Origin: Massalongia carnosa
Taxonomy: Eukaryota
DNA: 64,000 bases
Direction: 5' to 3'
Assembly: GCA_965645245.1 (NCBI GenBank)
Contig: OZ287070.1
Coordinates: 1,240,001 to 1,304,000 of the forward strand
Below the pieces are notes generated by a model. It had not been told where the DNA came from. It saw only the letters and a program-made list of their open reading frames with translations, and did not search any database. Position 1 is the first letter of the stretch. The number at the start of each line of letters is the position of its first letter. The translations under genes and the position numbers were made by a program. Shown here piece by piece: positions 12,676 through 26,246 of this stretch.

Positions 12676-12889
12676 TTGCCTCAGTACCTCAGACGTGCCC
12701 GGCTAAGCCCCTTCGGGTTAGCCTTACAGAACGTTAAGCCCCTTCGGGTTAACAGGCTGACTACGCAGCACATCTGTAGCAAACGTTAGTCAGCTGGGAC
12801 GCTAATCCGAAGGAGCTTAGCGAAATAGGCTAACCCGGAGGGGCTTAGACGGCTCCTAGAGCCCACGCACGTCTGAGGTACTGAGGCAA
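12676..12889. mobile_element. 214-bp MITE in the MAS1/SDH4 divergent promoter (internal-deletion derivative of the 682-bp element at 48217-48898)
   Basis: Perfect 23-bp TIR TTGCCTCAGTACCTCAGACGTGC; near-identical to both arms of 48217-48898; no TSD visible here. Confidence 0.9.
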
Positions 12890-12943
12890 GTTCTGCAGCC
12901 ATTGAGGTCTCTATGCTCTGAACTTGACATTCAATTAACCATC

Positions 12944-13788
12944 ATGGCTTCGGCTCTTAAGTCTGTTGGGCTATGTCAAAGTTCTAGAGTAATGGCAATG
13001 GGGAGAACCATAATCAGAGAAACCTCTCAACAATCAGCACCTGCCATGACTCGAATGCCAAGTCCTTCCACATCATCCATAGTATTCCGCGCTCAGCGAA
13101 GGGACTTGTTTTCGAAAAGGGGGTTTGCCCCCGCCTTAAACCAAGTTGCGGCTTTTCATTCCAGCAAGCACAGAGCAATTCTCCCGGCTGGGCCTCGTAA
13201 GTCGCACTCAGCCGTTCGCCAGCTAGAACCATGCTGATTGTTTACAACAGAGGTTATTGAAGGAACCGGTACATATATGAATGGTCCCTTTTGTCACGCG
13301 ATTCCCCAATCAGCTTAAACTTCGAATAGCCAACGATCCAGCACCTGTGCTCGACTTATCACCTACTCACGGCAGCTACCATTGGGCTTTTGAGCGGCAA
13401 GGTTAAGCCCGCCATGATATCAAATCACTTGCTAATCTTGTAGTATAGGCTGGCATCAGCTGCTCTCATTCCTCTCACCGTTGCGCCTTTTGCGGCAGGG
13501 TCTCTAAATCCCCTTACTGATGCAGCGCTATGTGCGACGATCCTGATACATTCGCATATCGGCTTTCAGTATATCTGTCGGCAGGACTAGGTGAACGAAG
13601 ACTGCTAATAATCTATGACTAGGTCTATTATCATTGACTATATACCGAGGAAAAGATTGCCCAGGACGAAAGCTATACTGTGGTGGGGATTGCGAGGGGC
13701 AACGCTCATTGTGGCTCTAGGGTTATATGAGTTCGAAACAAATGATGTTGGCTTAACGGAGGCCATTAAGAGGATATGGATCGCGTGA
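12944..13788 (+). CDS. SDH4: Succinate dehydrogenase cytochrome b small subunit (CybS), multi-exon including an 18-nt micro-exon
   Basis: Spliced ...AILPAGP-(Q/E)VIEGT-ANDPAPV...HGSYHWAFER-LASAALIPL...LIHSHIGFQ-SIIIDYIP...GLYEFETNDVGLTEAIKRIW. Confidence 0.92.
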
Positions 13789-14409
13789 CCCCTGGTTTGA
13801 TTAAGCTTCCTTGATAAGATAGTATTTGCTTATGAGTGGGTGGAATCCTCAGAAGCAACTTGTCTCTCTAAATGAACAATTCCAATCTGAACTTCTTAGC
13901 TTGCGCGAGAGTTACTATCATGCCCCTCGATTCCTGTTTAGTTCAGAGTGTACAAGTGAAGGGGCTACAAATGGGTTGAGAAACCCGTCATATCTCTAAA
14001 GTTTGGTCCAATTTCGGGGCAACACACAGATGCCTCTTAGGAGATTGGGATGATGTGATATTCTCATGTAGCTCGGGCTAGATTCTGCTTTTTTTTTATC
14101 ATCGGCTTCATTTATCTTTTTATAGCCGCGCGCGAGAAAGCTTTAAGAGTTTTGAGTACTGATGCTTTTCTTGTTAACATGCACACCTTCCAGCTTAGCT
14201 ATGCAGAGACATCTAATTCAAGTCCTTGTATGGCGGCGCTATTTATCTAGGCTTGTACGAGCACATAGACCTCTCCTGTCATTTTTGTATTTAAAGTTAA
14301 CTATCTCAGTCAAGAGAGTTTTGGTAGAATACGCAAGATGAATAGGAAGTCCCTTAATATAAGTGCAAATGGGTATCACAAAAAAACAGATAGTAGATTG
14401 GGATCCGAA

Positions 14410-15276
14410 TCATCTCTTCCTTTCGCGAATCTTCCACTTGACTCCTGCTTTATTTACTCCACCAACGCTGTTGCTCATCCTAGCACGTTGAAGCTCAAGC
14501 TCCTGCTCCGCTGCAAAAAGATCCCTCTCTCGAAGCTGCAGCAGCTTTAGTCTGGAGATCCGAGCCTGCCTCCCCCTTTCGCGTTGCTTTCGTAGGGTCC
14601 TCTTCATCCTCAGATCTGAAATTTCCTCACCAGAAACTTGGCGACTCTTAGGGTCTTCGTCGATATCTGTTGAATCATCCTGCTCCATAAGGGAAGACTC
14701 ATCTATCGAGTGGGGTTCGCTTTTCCTTGATTGTAAGGTACCCTGAGCCTTAAACCGCCTCTGGTCTTCATTTGTCTCTACAAACAGCATGTGTGTATTC
14801 GGAGACGGTCCTGGCTTGTTGTCCTGAACTACCCTAGCCGTAGCAGCACTAAGGGTACACTCCTGCTCTAGCCTCTCGCGCGCTTTCCTAGTCGACTGAG
14901 CCATAGTCTTGAGATAGCCTGCGTCTTGGGTTTTCAATAGCTTGACAGCCTCTTGGCTGAGTACAGGATTGCCGCGATCTTTAATCTTCCCTCCCCCAGG
15001 ATACGCCTTGCTGCTCGTCATCCCGAAATGGAATTCATCTGGATTTCGCTCCACGGCTTTTTGCCGAAGAGCCTGGAGGCGCTTCTTTTTTTCATTGTAG
15101 TCTTTAGCCCGTAATGAATAGTCCTTTATTTGAGATTAGCGTTTCTAGATCTGTCTAGGAATGCTCTGTTACAGGCGAACCTTGTGCTTCTCCAAGACAC
15201 CCCACTTCTGTCTTTCCACTGGTTGCGCTCTCTCACGATGGTTCCTGCGCTGGACAGCATTGCGCATCGATGACAT
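14410..15276 (-). CDS. UTP11: U3 snoRNA-associated protein 11 (one intron about 15181-15124)
   Basis: [19 protein letters not shown]...[16 protein letters not shown]...[10 protein letters not shown]...[10 protein letters not shown]...WKIRERKR. Confidence 0.92.
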
Positions 15277-15612
15277 GACGGCTAGGAGGCACAAGACTTT
15301 AGATGACTATCCTTGAAGGAAATCAAATTGTAGCGGACAGTACGAGTACCTAGATGAAACTATTTCTTAGCATACGGATCTTCGAGGCGAAGAAACGCTA
15401 AACTCCATCAGGATTTGATCTTAGCGGCACCTCCTCTCTACTGGGTATCTCATCTAGTAGGTGGTAATTAATTTTCATTGAATTACTCGATACCCTTTAC
15501 AAGTCGATATCTTGTGGGTAATTGAGTACCCGATGCAGCAGTATTCATATGAGCAACCAGTCTACAATGTACTCTAAATTAGCAAATCCCTGAAAACCGT
15601 AGATTAACCAGG

Positions 15613-16094
15613 ATGATGGTAAATTCTCAAGGAGATACACAACCTCTACCATCACGAAATCCACTACCTCTATCATCGGCTCAAGAAGCTCAGGTCCGAG
15701 ATTTATATTACAAACGAGTCCGCGGTTACTGTTCCAACGAGATTCGAGGTATCGCTTGTTTTAGTGCTTGGTGGAGCTTTGATATGGAATTCTAATAACC
15801 ATGCATCTAGACTTTGCCGCATGCGCCTTGAATCGGACCATTTCTGCAACTTGGGCCTGTCGGCCAGAGCGTTTGGCAATGAACTCATGTATGATTTCGT
15901 ATGCAACTCAAAGGGAACAAGATGCGGCAAGGGAGGAGTGGTTTTCTACTCAGGATGTGAGAAAGCGGCAAAGGGAAGAGAAAGCGAAGAAGAAGAAACA
16001 GCAAGAGAAATTCCACAGGGAATGGTGGGGACTTCCTCCCGTATCGGAACAGGACACACAGGGCCAACAGGAGATTGAAGGCGACGGCAAATGA
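15613..16094 (+). CDS. CMC1: Twin-CX9C cytochrome c oxidase assembly protein (Cmc1-like); intron about 15749-15810
   Basis: PLPSRNPLPLSSAQEAQVRDLYYKRVRGYCSNEIR-DFAAC...ATWACRPERLAMNSCM: twin CX9C pattern. Confidence 0.8.
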
Positions 16095-16384
16095 TGCCGA
16101 TGGAGCCACAGCCGATATGCTGGCTAGTGATAGCCACCCGGCAATATGGATAGCAGGAGTGGGTGGGTTTATGTTTCAGGTCCCTCGTCCGTTATATACG
16201 GCGCAAATGGTGTACTTACGCGTTTCCAGCGTTTTGGCATTGGCCAAGGACCCTTGAATGGTATCCAACAGGAATCCTTAAAGTCCAAGATTCCTCTATA
16301 TCATGAACGCCATGCGCTATGCGAATAGTTGTAGAGCCACCAACCATTGGGAACTCCTGGGGAAACGGCTCTAAGAATAGCATA

Positions 16385-17134
16385 TTAATCTCCATCCATA
16401 TCCGTATCCCTTTTGTGTAAATCGGTTTCTTCTCCGAAGATGTCTTCCATTCTCTCGTTACCATCTTCTCCACCGTCACCCTCTCCCTCATCTTCCAGTG
16501 TTGAATTGAGCATAACCTGGTCTTCGCCCTTAACCGCCTCTGCATCATCTTCGATTTCGCTATCCCATTCTTCTTTCAAATTCCACCCTACACCCGTAAG
16601 GCAAAACTGCTCCGGAGGTAGCCGTAGCCCCCAATCTTTGCTCACCGCGGGCAATGCGACTCGGTTTCTTTCCTGCGCAATCTCGTGGTAAAATTCCTTT
16701 GGCAAAGTAGGGTTGAACTGATAATGGGTCCGACTGGCGATGCTTAGTCTCAATGACGACAACGTTACCGAGCTCATATCGTTATGATTCCCAGCGCCTC
16801 GCCCCCCTCCCGAAGTATTGCCCGAATTGCCATAACCTTCCGTAGTTAGGTGAAGTGCGTCCTGGAGGGTCGAAGACGTGTAGCGATAAGCAAAATCCAT
16901 GAGCTGTAAAGGCACGCGTTCTTGGTAAGCGGTCACCCCGAGATTCGCAAGAACCATGTGAAGCAGACGTGCATCGCGGGGGCGTTTTGAAAGACCATCG
17001 TCATTAAGCGACGTAGTAGGAAGCGTAGAATTAGTCGAGGTAAGGTGAGATTGGGATGGAGGCCCGCTAGGCATAGATGCTGGTTGAGGTTCAGAATAGG
17101 GGCGATCCATAACTGGGCCTTCAACATCAGCCAT
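16385..17134 (-). CDS. TAF9: TFIID/SAGA subunit Taf9
   Basis: PRDARLLHMVLANLGVTAYQERVPLQLMDFAYRYT histone fold; RNRVALP...GLRLPPEQFCLT. Confidence 0.92.
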   Translation of the reverse strand: MADVEGPVMDRPYSEPQPASMPSGPPSQSHLTSTNSTLPTTSLNDDGLSKRPRDARLLHMVLANLGVTAYQERVPLQLMDFAYRYTSSTLQDALHLTTEGYGNSGNTSGGGRGAGNHNDMSSVTLSSLRLSIASRTHYQFNPTLPKEFYHEIAQERNRVALPAVSKDWGLRLPPEQFCLTGVGWNLKEEWDSEIEDDAEAVKGEDQVMLNSTLEDEGEGDGGEDGNERMEDIFGEETDLHKRDTDMDGD

Positions 17135-17762
17135 AATGACAAGACCAGCTTTTCGTGAGGTGAAGACGTTCAATGTAGTAGGTGACTAGGGTAGCTATTT
17201 GAGGTATTGTATGAACATTTGCTTCGAAATTGCCGAGGCAACCCTCCAATCATACGAATGTTTTTCGTGAATCAATTCAAATGGCACTCAATGCGATCCA
17301 ATTTTCAAGATTCTTGATGCTTGGATACTGATCAAACAGCTGAGGTTTTTAATTTGCTGACATGTTTTTGATGATTCTTCACGAACTCTTTCATGTAAAC
17401 ATGTGTAATCATATAAACGTTTGAAAGAAGTTAACCTTTAAGTATTGTTGCATACATGATATATCATGTAAAACTATGATCTACATAATGCTTCGAAAAT
17501 GTTGCTGGTGCTATTCCATAAACTTATACTTTCTCCTTTCGCTCAACACTCCAGAACGCCATCCAATGGCGAATATCAAGACCCCCGGAGTATGGACAAC
17601 CTAGCGGTTTAGTAACAGCTTGCATCCTGTCAAGATGGCTGGAGCTTCTTGTGCCCTTTCCAAATATCTAAGTTGTCGACCCTACTTGTAATCGCTTTAG
17701 CTTTAATGAGCTCGGTAGGTTGCCGCAATATTTTCAGTGCAGACCTCTCGTTATGACTTCGG

Positions 17763-20243
17763 CTACATGCATTCAGCTTGGTCCGAATCAAAGACTATTG
17801 ATTCTTTGCTTAGGAGATAAATGGCAGCGGCATCTTCTATGGGTGATATCCCAATAACCGAATCGTTTTCCTCGGCGCTCTCAAGTAAGGAGTTTGCCAA
17901 GTCGCCGCTCTCGTCTATCGAGTCCCGAGAAAGGTAACTTTCTCCAAGTTCGTCTTCGAGCTCTTCCTCTTCAAGTCCCTCGCTACCCTCATCTTCGCTT
18001 CTGATGCTTTGCTGATTTCGGCTTCTGTAAGTCTGTACTTCGCTGTCGCTGTCCTCCAAGTCGTCAATTTCTAGCAATGGGTCTCGCCAATAGTTGAAAT
18101 CGGTAAAGTCTTCGCCCCCTCTGGTTACTAGTAAGCCAACAGGAGGAAAGAAATGATCAACAACTTCCCGCATTGTGACATAGCTACTTTTGTACTTGTT
18201 AAGAGTAAGTAGATCAAGTGAAACCTCAGCGTTTGAGTTGATGGTAAATATACGGGTTGATGGTATATTAACAGATCGATAACTCAGGGCATCAGTCAAA
18301 CGGTTGCCGAAACCAGCGTAAAACGGGGTTCGCTTGTGATTAAAAAGGGTTAAGATGTCTCGAAGGCAGGCCATCTTGAAGACTTCCGGTTTTCGAAGAT
18401 AAATTTCTCGGCGCAGCGCCGCAATCGTCCTGTCAGGGCTCATTATTACTGGTCCTTTGGGTAGCTTGAAGCCTTCTTGAGATATTCCGTTCAGGTATGC
18501 CCTTGTGGTATCTGCCTGACCCACTGATCTGCTGGTTAAGTAGAAGATATTATAACCATTAGCAATAATGTCCGTGTATAGCTTTGCAACCCCAGCGTGT
18601 GTCCAGTCACGACCAATCATGTTCAATACATGACCGAGCGCATCAGACCTTTTTAAATTGATAAGCTTTGGCGTTTCCTAAAACAACTAAATAGCTTACT
18701 TCGTGATTGTTCCATCAATGTCTGAAATAACGATAGGAACGTCATAGGTCCAATAGTACATTGAAGCGTGGCACGTCGCTCGATTAACACTAAAGCTCAT
18801 CGAGTTGGGTCCTGCTTTTAGATTTAGTGCCTTCAATTGCTCACTTGTAAGCCTTAGCGTTTTTGCATAGTTTCTGTTGGGGTCGCCGCTACCCGAGTTA
18901 TCAGCAGGTGGAGTTATGGGAGGAGTAACAGTTCCGATAGGAGACGTATCAGATTTCGTTCGATGATGCTCTGGTCGAATTTGGGTTGTGGAAGACGCTT
19001 CTTCATCACTATGGTATCCTGGATCGGAGGCAGCGTCGCTGAGCAACGCTCCAGGTGCAAGTTCACGAAATCGAACTTTGCTCACTGCGGCGTCTCTGGC
19101 TTCTTCACTATTGTAGATCCAAAGATTGCCTTGCTCATCAGCACCGATAAGTGCACCAATATCATAGTTGCCCTCAAGTTCCTCAGCTAGAATTTTTCGA
19201 GCTACAACTTCTGCACGGAGAGCTTCATCCTCACTACTCTTATATCCGGTTATATCAAGCATCAGGTCACCGCTGTCTGTAACAAGAGTTGGAATATTGG
19301 ATCCGGAGAGCTTTTTCGAGAGTGAAATCGCTCGATTGACAGCCTCGTTGGTAGAAAGTGGCGGGGGACTGTTGGAGCGCTCCGTTGGCGTACCTGTGTT
19401 TACAGCGGCTGACTCGGAATGGCTGCCAACTATGACTTTCTGATTTCGATCATTCCCGTTACTATCTACTATTCGCGGAGAAGACCACAGAACCTCTTCT
19501 GAAGCTGAGCGCTGGATTTGAACGGGCAGGGCTTGTGAGCCAGACCAGGTGCTTGTCAGAAACCGGCCGTACCCTTGATCGGGCGAGGAAGATAATGGGG
19601 TAAGATTATCTGCTCTTGTTAGCCTTGCATATGTTGTGACCAGATTGTGATTATCAGTATACTGAAGTCACTCTGAGACCTTCGGTCCCCCGCTCCACTA
19701 GGTCTCGCTGGCGAAACTGTATGAATCTTGCGCTCGTTACGCCCCACCGTATTTATATCTAAGAAGTCAGGCTCTTGAAGTCCCGAAGATGGAGAGCTAT
19801 CCTGAATCAAGTCTCGAGGGCTGGCAGCGGGCGAGACAATAGGAGAAGTTTGCAGGCTTTCAGGAATCTCGTCAGACGTTTCGAATACGAAGAACGCTTC
19901 TCCACCTTCTCCCAGCTTCATAGCATGACTTTGCTTGACATCATTAACCTTAAACTCTACCTAGTAACTGCATGAGCAGAAATCGGAAAACCACTCTCCG
20001 GCTGAAGTACCTTCTTCTCGTAGGGTCGTAGTAAGGAAAACTTCCCGAAACGAACATGAAATGGAGAGCAAGCTAGAGAGCCTGTCTCTCGTTTAGCAGT
20101 AGCTAAGGCTTGTAAGGTCTTGACACGATCTTACCATCCTCTTGCTCCACCACAATGACATCAATCGCACCGCTCAGAGTTGCTGGATTAATCGAGTTCC
20201 ATGTTTTAGACACCGATCCTCCAATACTCCGCACATATTGCAT
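17763..20243 (-). CDS. PAH1: Lipin / phosphatidate phosphatase (Ned1/Pah1), multi-exon; 3' end approximate
   Basis: NLIP domain MQYVRS...INPATLSGAIDVIVVEQ, CSPFHVRFGKF, MKLGEGGEAFFV; catalytic DIDGTITK-SD; LNS2 motifs YLTSRSVGQ, GFGNR. Confidence 0.93.
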
Positions 20244-20951
20244 AGCCCTTTACCGCTGTATGTGCTGCCGAGAAATCGACCTCCTTGGAGCTTCTACTAA
20301 GTCTTATCAAGATTTAACGGTCAAAGGAGCGCTCCAAGAAGCTACAGCTGTTCTAGTACTTGAGAGCCAAGAAACTCGAAGTTGGACAATAGGTGGAGCC
20401 AGTCGAAGAGCGACGTCCTTCTGATTGTTCCTCGGAGTTGAGAGATATGATAGGTATACGGCGATATTCATAAACGAATGAGTCAACTAGGTACAACGTC
20501 TCATCCTGACTCGGCTTGCATGTTGAGAAGAATCATTAATTCCCTGCATTTACCTTTGCACTACTCTTATTATTACAGAGTATATGTGTTGTAGATGTGA
20601 TGCTACCGAGTAGGACTGTAAGCTCTCATGCAGGAAGTGATCTACTTCGGCGTGAGTTAGCATGTAAGGTAAATACAAGGTACATACTTCGTACCTTAGC
20701 GTATATCAAATGTGGACGCAAAGCCGTTACGCTAGTCCGATCTTGGTAAGAAAAAATCTGAAACCTTTTCGTCATTTCTGATTGAGTTAGCACGTTAGGT
20801 ACTCTGCGGAGTACTATTATCTCTACAGGCTACTCTGTACAGCTTATCAAACCTTGATTTATTATTATTTCAATATAAAATTCCTACTTCTTTATAAAAA
20901 CCTAACACAACGAGTTCTGTTCAGCCACAAACCGTATCAGTATACCATCCG

Positions 20952-23900
20952 ATGGTCTTGCAACTTCGACTATGGTTTTCTCAAACTTTATCCTCCTTAT
21001 CTTCTTTACCTATGGCTGCTGCTGTACCCATACTTCAAGATGCGACTTTCGTTTGCTCTTTAAGCTGGTAAGAGCACAAGTTCAGCTGATCCTCATATAA
21101 GCTCACCGCCTTGATACAATGATACTAATCTTCTCACTCCTCAGGATTCTTTATCGAATTTGGCAGATTTATCAGAAGCCTATTGAAGAGCTCGTTGACT
21201 TACTCGGTCTGGACATACCTTCCGTACCTGAAATATCCTTAGCTGGTGTCACGGCGGAATCTGCTTTATTTTATTGGAAGCCTTTAGAGAACCAGGCTCT
21301 CAATCTTCGGCATTCCATTCAAGTAAACGGGATCAAAGGTGGGTGTTCCTATATAGAAACTCCGAGATGTCAATATACACGGCATTAATCACAGAACTGT
21401 AGTCGGGGACTTTGGTCGAGTAGATGCGTCAATACAAGTCATAGGTCTCAAGCCAGGCCATTACTACAACGTTCGTGTGATCACCACTAATGCTGCTAAC
21501 TTTTCTACGTTTGGGCCTCTAATACGTTTACGAACCTCAACCTTACCTCAAGTAAGTATAAATGGAGCAACAGTTTCTGGTCAAGGACTCCACTACCCCG
21601 AGACGGATGAGAACGAGCCTGCTAGTATTCGCGCTCTGCCCTCGCATTTTGATGCTACACACCTTTCAACCTTACATCAGGTGGTTCGAGAGTCTAATGG
21701 AAGTTTACCTAGCAGTAGAAGAACTATCTCTAGTCGACACAATTCACCTCCAAATCCTAGCGTGGAGAATCAGAGCGAATTAGCATTTCGCATTGAGAAC
21801 GTAGATGAAATGGAAGTGGAAGGAAACATGAAAGACCTTACTGAAAGACTTGAATTTTCCAGACGTGAACAGCAAGAGGTAGAAAAACAAAGTTTGGACG
21901 AAGAACAAGATTCGAAGCGAGTTATGACAGACTTAATTATGGAGCGTGACGCTCTTAGACAAATGCTCAAAGAAAAGGAAGACGCCAGCTCGGAACTTAG
22001 AAGGCATGGAAATTATCTGGATAAACTCAACAGGACTGCACAAAGCAAGAAAGCGGCAAAGGAGAAATTACTGCATCAAAAGGTGGCGGAACGAAAGAGA
22101 ATGAAAGATGAAATAGAGCGTTGGGACGGAGAGATTGCTGAGATGGGAAGAGAGACTGACGAGGTTGCCAGTGCGAGGGCTGAAATAACTGCCGCTAAGA
22201 ATCACGAGGTTGCTCAGGTGCGTCAAGCAATCAGTGAGGATCATGTCTTGATCAAATCTTTGGAAGAAGAAATTCGTATCCAAGGTATCCAAATCAAGGA
22301 AATTGAGAAGCAAAAGCAAATGCTAGGGTCTATTCCCTACGACGAACAAGTACAGAAGAGAGCTGTAAAGGAGAACCAGAATGTATGGGAGGCAAAGACC
22401 AAGGCTACCCAAGCCCAAATAGAAGCTTTATGGCAAACCCTCAAGCAGGTGTGTTTTTTTTTTTCGTGGAACTATACAACCATGGCTGATGAAACCCAGG
22501 CTCGTGCAGAAAATCAACGCGCTCAGGAACATTTAGCTTGGTGGGCTTCAAAAAGGTTGAGGGATCCAGCCCAATTTGCCTCCTCACCGGCTCTTGATTT
22601 TGTCTCCTCAAGCAAGTCTACCAGACCCCGGCAAACACGACAGATTAGCTCTCGTACAAGCACAATCTCGACGTCTTCGGCTATTTATTCTGCTAGTTCT
22701 CTGGTGTTTAACAATGTCTCTACAATGTCTCCGAACTTCTCACTTGCTTCTCCATTCTTCAATATAAGCAATGGTATGACCGTCCCTCCTACCCTGGATC
22801 CAACGAGTCGACAACAAGCGGAATATGAGAGTTCTACTGATGGAGGTGCAATGAGTCCTGCGGCGAATGATCTCCTACCGTCCAACCTCTTTCGTGATGA
22901 AGATCTCGCCAGCAAACGCTCTGCAACAGGAGTAGGCCACGAACCCGTTGGCAGCATAGGCTCGGAGATTTCTGCTGGTCAAGGAACCTTGCCCGCTGAA
23001 TTTGCCACTCATATGCCGCAATCGCCTATTTTCGCTCGTAGCCGAACTGGCAGTCTTTTCTCGAGTCCACATGATAGCCTGCATAATCTACGTGGCTATC
23101 AATCGCATGCACCTTCCTTCGCCGAAACCGATCAACACTCGAGTAACTCGGCAAACCCTTTAGCTACAAGTAGGATTGCAAATCTGTTTACAACAACTTT
23201 CAATCGACAGCGGGGCAAGTCTAGTACAAACGAGCCGCCTTCTCTAGGCTCATTGAAACAAGGCCAGAGTCAATCATTTCCACGGAACCCCAATGCAGGA
23301 ACTTTCGATCCACCCGGCAGTCGACGGCGAAGAGGGAGCTATGGAAATTGGGCAAATCCAGTAGCAGGCTTATTAAATCGAGGTACAACGGAACCTAATT
23401 CTTCACCAGAAGATAATGGACTTATTTCTGTCCGTACTGGCTCTGGGCGACGAAGCCGATTGAATATGTTCGGCTCTAAGCTTGATGGAATAGGGTCGAC
23501 GGGGCTCGCTGATAAAGGACCGTCCTCTCGACCTTCATCTACATATCCGTATGATACAGGGCTTGGTGCTATATCGAGCGATTGTCAACGTTATGGTTGG
23601 CCTATTCCTGAAGGTATCCCTAACCGTAACTCTCCTCTTGGGTGTGGTTGGTCGACAACTGGAGGCCCGTGGTCACGAGGCCAGTCACGACGTACATCTA
23701 TGCAGCATGGATCAACGAGTAATCTCTCCATTGGCTCTACGCCCCTCGATGCCGAGAGTTATCTAGGTTCCCTAGATAAGCAAGTCCCTGACCAGTTACC
23801 TATTGGTACACGCCCGCGGTCTTCTCACCAATCTGTTACCCCAAGGCTCAATCCTGCTGCGCCAACATTCAAAACTCTGTTTGGTCGCGGAGATGCGAAA

Positions 23901-24464
23901 AGATCCACGAAAGCTGACAAAATGACCGCCAAGTCTTTGGAGAAGTTGAAGAACAAGGATTTTGAGAAAACCGATGGAGAAGAGACCGATTTACAGTACG
24001 AGGAATCTTCGCCGCCCGACCCTCGGCTTTCCAGAGATGCGCAATCGATCACAACTGCCACCTCAGTTGCCGACTCTCGTGAGTCTCTCGACCGTTCGAC
24101 GTCCGGTACGCCTTCTGAGGCTCTGCCTCCTTCTGGACCGAAGGAGACCCTGATGCAAAAGATTACACGCAAAAGCAGCTCTAGTAAATTCAATGTCCCT
24201 TGGGTAAAAGATCGAGGCAGTCTGTTTTCTAACAAAAGGGTCGGCGGAGAACCATTGACGCCTGATGAGATCGTCGCGGATGCTTCAAGCGATAGCCAGC
24301 TACGCAGGAGTGTGGAAAATCTTGGTAGTACGCAACAACAGGACAAGGGAAATCGGACCACACTTTCATGGCAAAATATGCGACGAAAGTCGAAGAGGAA
24401 CGGTTCGAGAGCCGCTGATTCAAGCGAGAAAAGCGGTGAAATGTGGGACGACAATGAAACTTGA
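20952..24464 (+). CDS. Conserved fungal protein: N-terminal hydrophobic segment, fibronectin type III domain, coiled coil, Ser/Pro-rich tail; start uncertain
   Basis: LGLDIPSVPEISLAGVT...FYWKP...IQVNG-V...GLKPGHYYNVRVIT (FN3-like); long coiled coil; RLNPAAPTF motif; several GT-AG introns. Confidence 0.75.
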
Positions 24465-25134
24465 TCGCGTATTTATAGCATTTTAAGCTGGCTATAATGC
24501 CAAGAGCAGTCTTATAAGTAAGGCAGATTGGTAGAGTAATTAATCAGAATAATTCTAAGGCTTGATCCTTGATGCACTCTGGTCTAATTTCATACAGCCT
24601 ATTCGAACTCGATCGTCTTTCCAGAGAGTACATTGCATACAGTTGACTAAACAATACTTCGCAAAGTTGAAAATAATTCTCATTCATCCCCATACCGGTA
24701 TGATTGAGCAATATCACATTGGTTGTGCACTCATCTGCGGTATGGGAAATAATATGTAGATCACCTGACGCAGTACTTCCATCACGGGATAAGACATACG
24801 ATTAATGAATAGTTATTGAATTGTTCCCACTTTCATGCTTATGACAACTGTTCACCTATGCAGAATTTCATTATTCTAGATTTATAATCAGATATGAACC
24901 TGTGCTCTACAATCTACTTACCCTCAAGGAATGAGACACTAAGAATATTGAAGTTTTGGGTATCTCTCTATGAGCCTGATGAAAACCAGGATCAATCCGC
25001 AATCTTTAAAACATGATAAATACCTTGCTCTCTAGACATCCTGAAATTTGTCTCCGTCGCAAAGTCCGTCCTACACGAGCCACCCAATGTTGAATGAAAC
25101 GCTGTTTCTTCACATACCCATTATATCCGGTGCA

Positions 25135-25884
25135 ATGGATACAGTTGCCTATCTCACCCGGCAAGGCTGGCGTGGTCCCGGACACTCACTTAATCCTAGT
25201 GGTCATGGTGTGACCAAACCACTTCTCGTTGCGAAGAAGACCAATGCCCTGGGTCTTGGTAAGCGCAAAAATGATATACATGCAGACCAATGGTGGGCTA
25301 GGGCTTTCGACGCTACTTTAGAGCACTTAAACGTTAGCAAGGATGAAGCTACAGGGATGACCGCGACAGTGACATGCGGTTTGGGGTTGGAGTCTATGGG
25401 AGATAATGTTCAGGCTTGTGCGAATAGTCTGTATGGTTATTTCGTGCGTGGGGAGGGTTTACACGGAACACAAATACCCCAGGTTGTGAAGGAGTTGAAA
25501 ATGGACTCGACTCAGGATGTAAAGAGCCGGGGAAACGAGGAAGCTACCAGCGATCTGGAAAAACGCAGACAGAAAAAAGGGGGAATAGAACAACCTACTG
25601 AAGATCCATTACCGTATCTAGGGCAACCTATCATGCCAATAGATTGTGAGAACAAAGTTCCGGAAAACAAGGCATTGGAACTTACCTTTAGCAAACGGAG
25701 AAAGGATAAGAGAACACCACATGCCAGAAGAGAGCGGGCTTTCGCTGATAAGAAAGGAACATCGGCAATGGTCCGAGGAGGCTTTTACTCTCGAGAAAAG
25801 GTAACAAAGAGGGATAATTCAGAAAAAGAGAGCGCACGACTGTGGAAGGCCAAAAATCGACGACTACGGATGGATTCAAGCTAA
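25135..25884 (+). CDS. G-patch domain nucleolar protein (Tma23-like)
   Basis: MDTVAYLTRQGWRGPGHSL...GVTKPLLV...LGLG...DQWWARAFD...LYGYFVRGEGL; Lys/Arg-rich tail. Confidence 0.75.
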   Translation: MDTVAYLTRQGWRGPGHSLNPSGHGVTKPLLVAKKTNALGLGKRKNDIHADQWWARAFDATLEHLNVSKDEATGMTATVTCGLGLESMGDNVQACANSLYGYFVRGEGLHGTQIPQVVKELKMDSTQDVKSRGNEEATSDLEKRRQKKGGIEQPTEDPLPYLGQPIMPIDCENKVPENKALELTFSKRRKDKRTPHARRERAFADKKGTSAMVRGGFYSREKVTKRDNSEKESARLWKAKNRRLRMDSS

Positions 25885-26246
25885 TCATAGCCGGCTCATT
25901 GATAATTGTAATTTCTTTACAGAAGCTGGAAATATGGAGGCCCAATGGTGTTAACTAACGGTAGCAGCCGTTAGTCTAAGGGAACATCGCTTCTATCTAC
26001 TTATTGGTTGTGGAAGTATTGCTTTTGCAAAGTGTTCAAATATAGGAATAAGCCTAGATTCAGAAACGCTCAACCATTCCCACATGACAACTACAAACTT
26101 CATAAAAAGGCCATTTATACACCAACTTGAAGAACCAGACGAGCCAATACCTATATAATGGCACATCAACGGGATTTCGCTACTGTTGTGGAGGCTCAGT
26201 CTTCAACCACTTAAATAAGTTTTACCACTCAAAAGCAGTATTTCGG

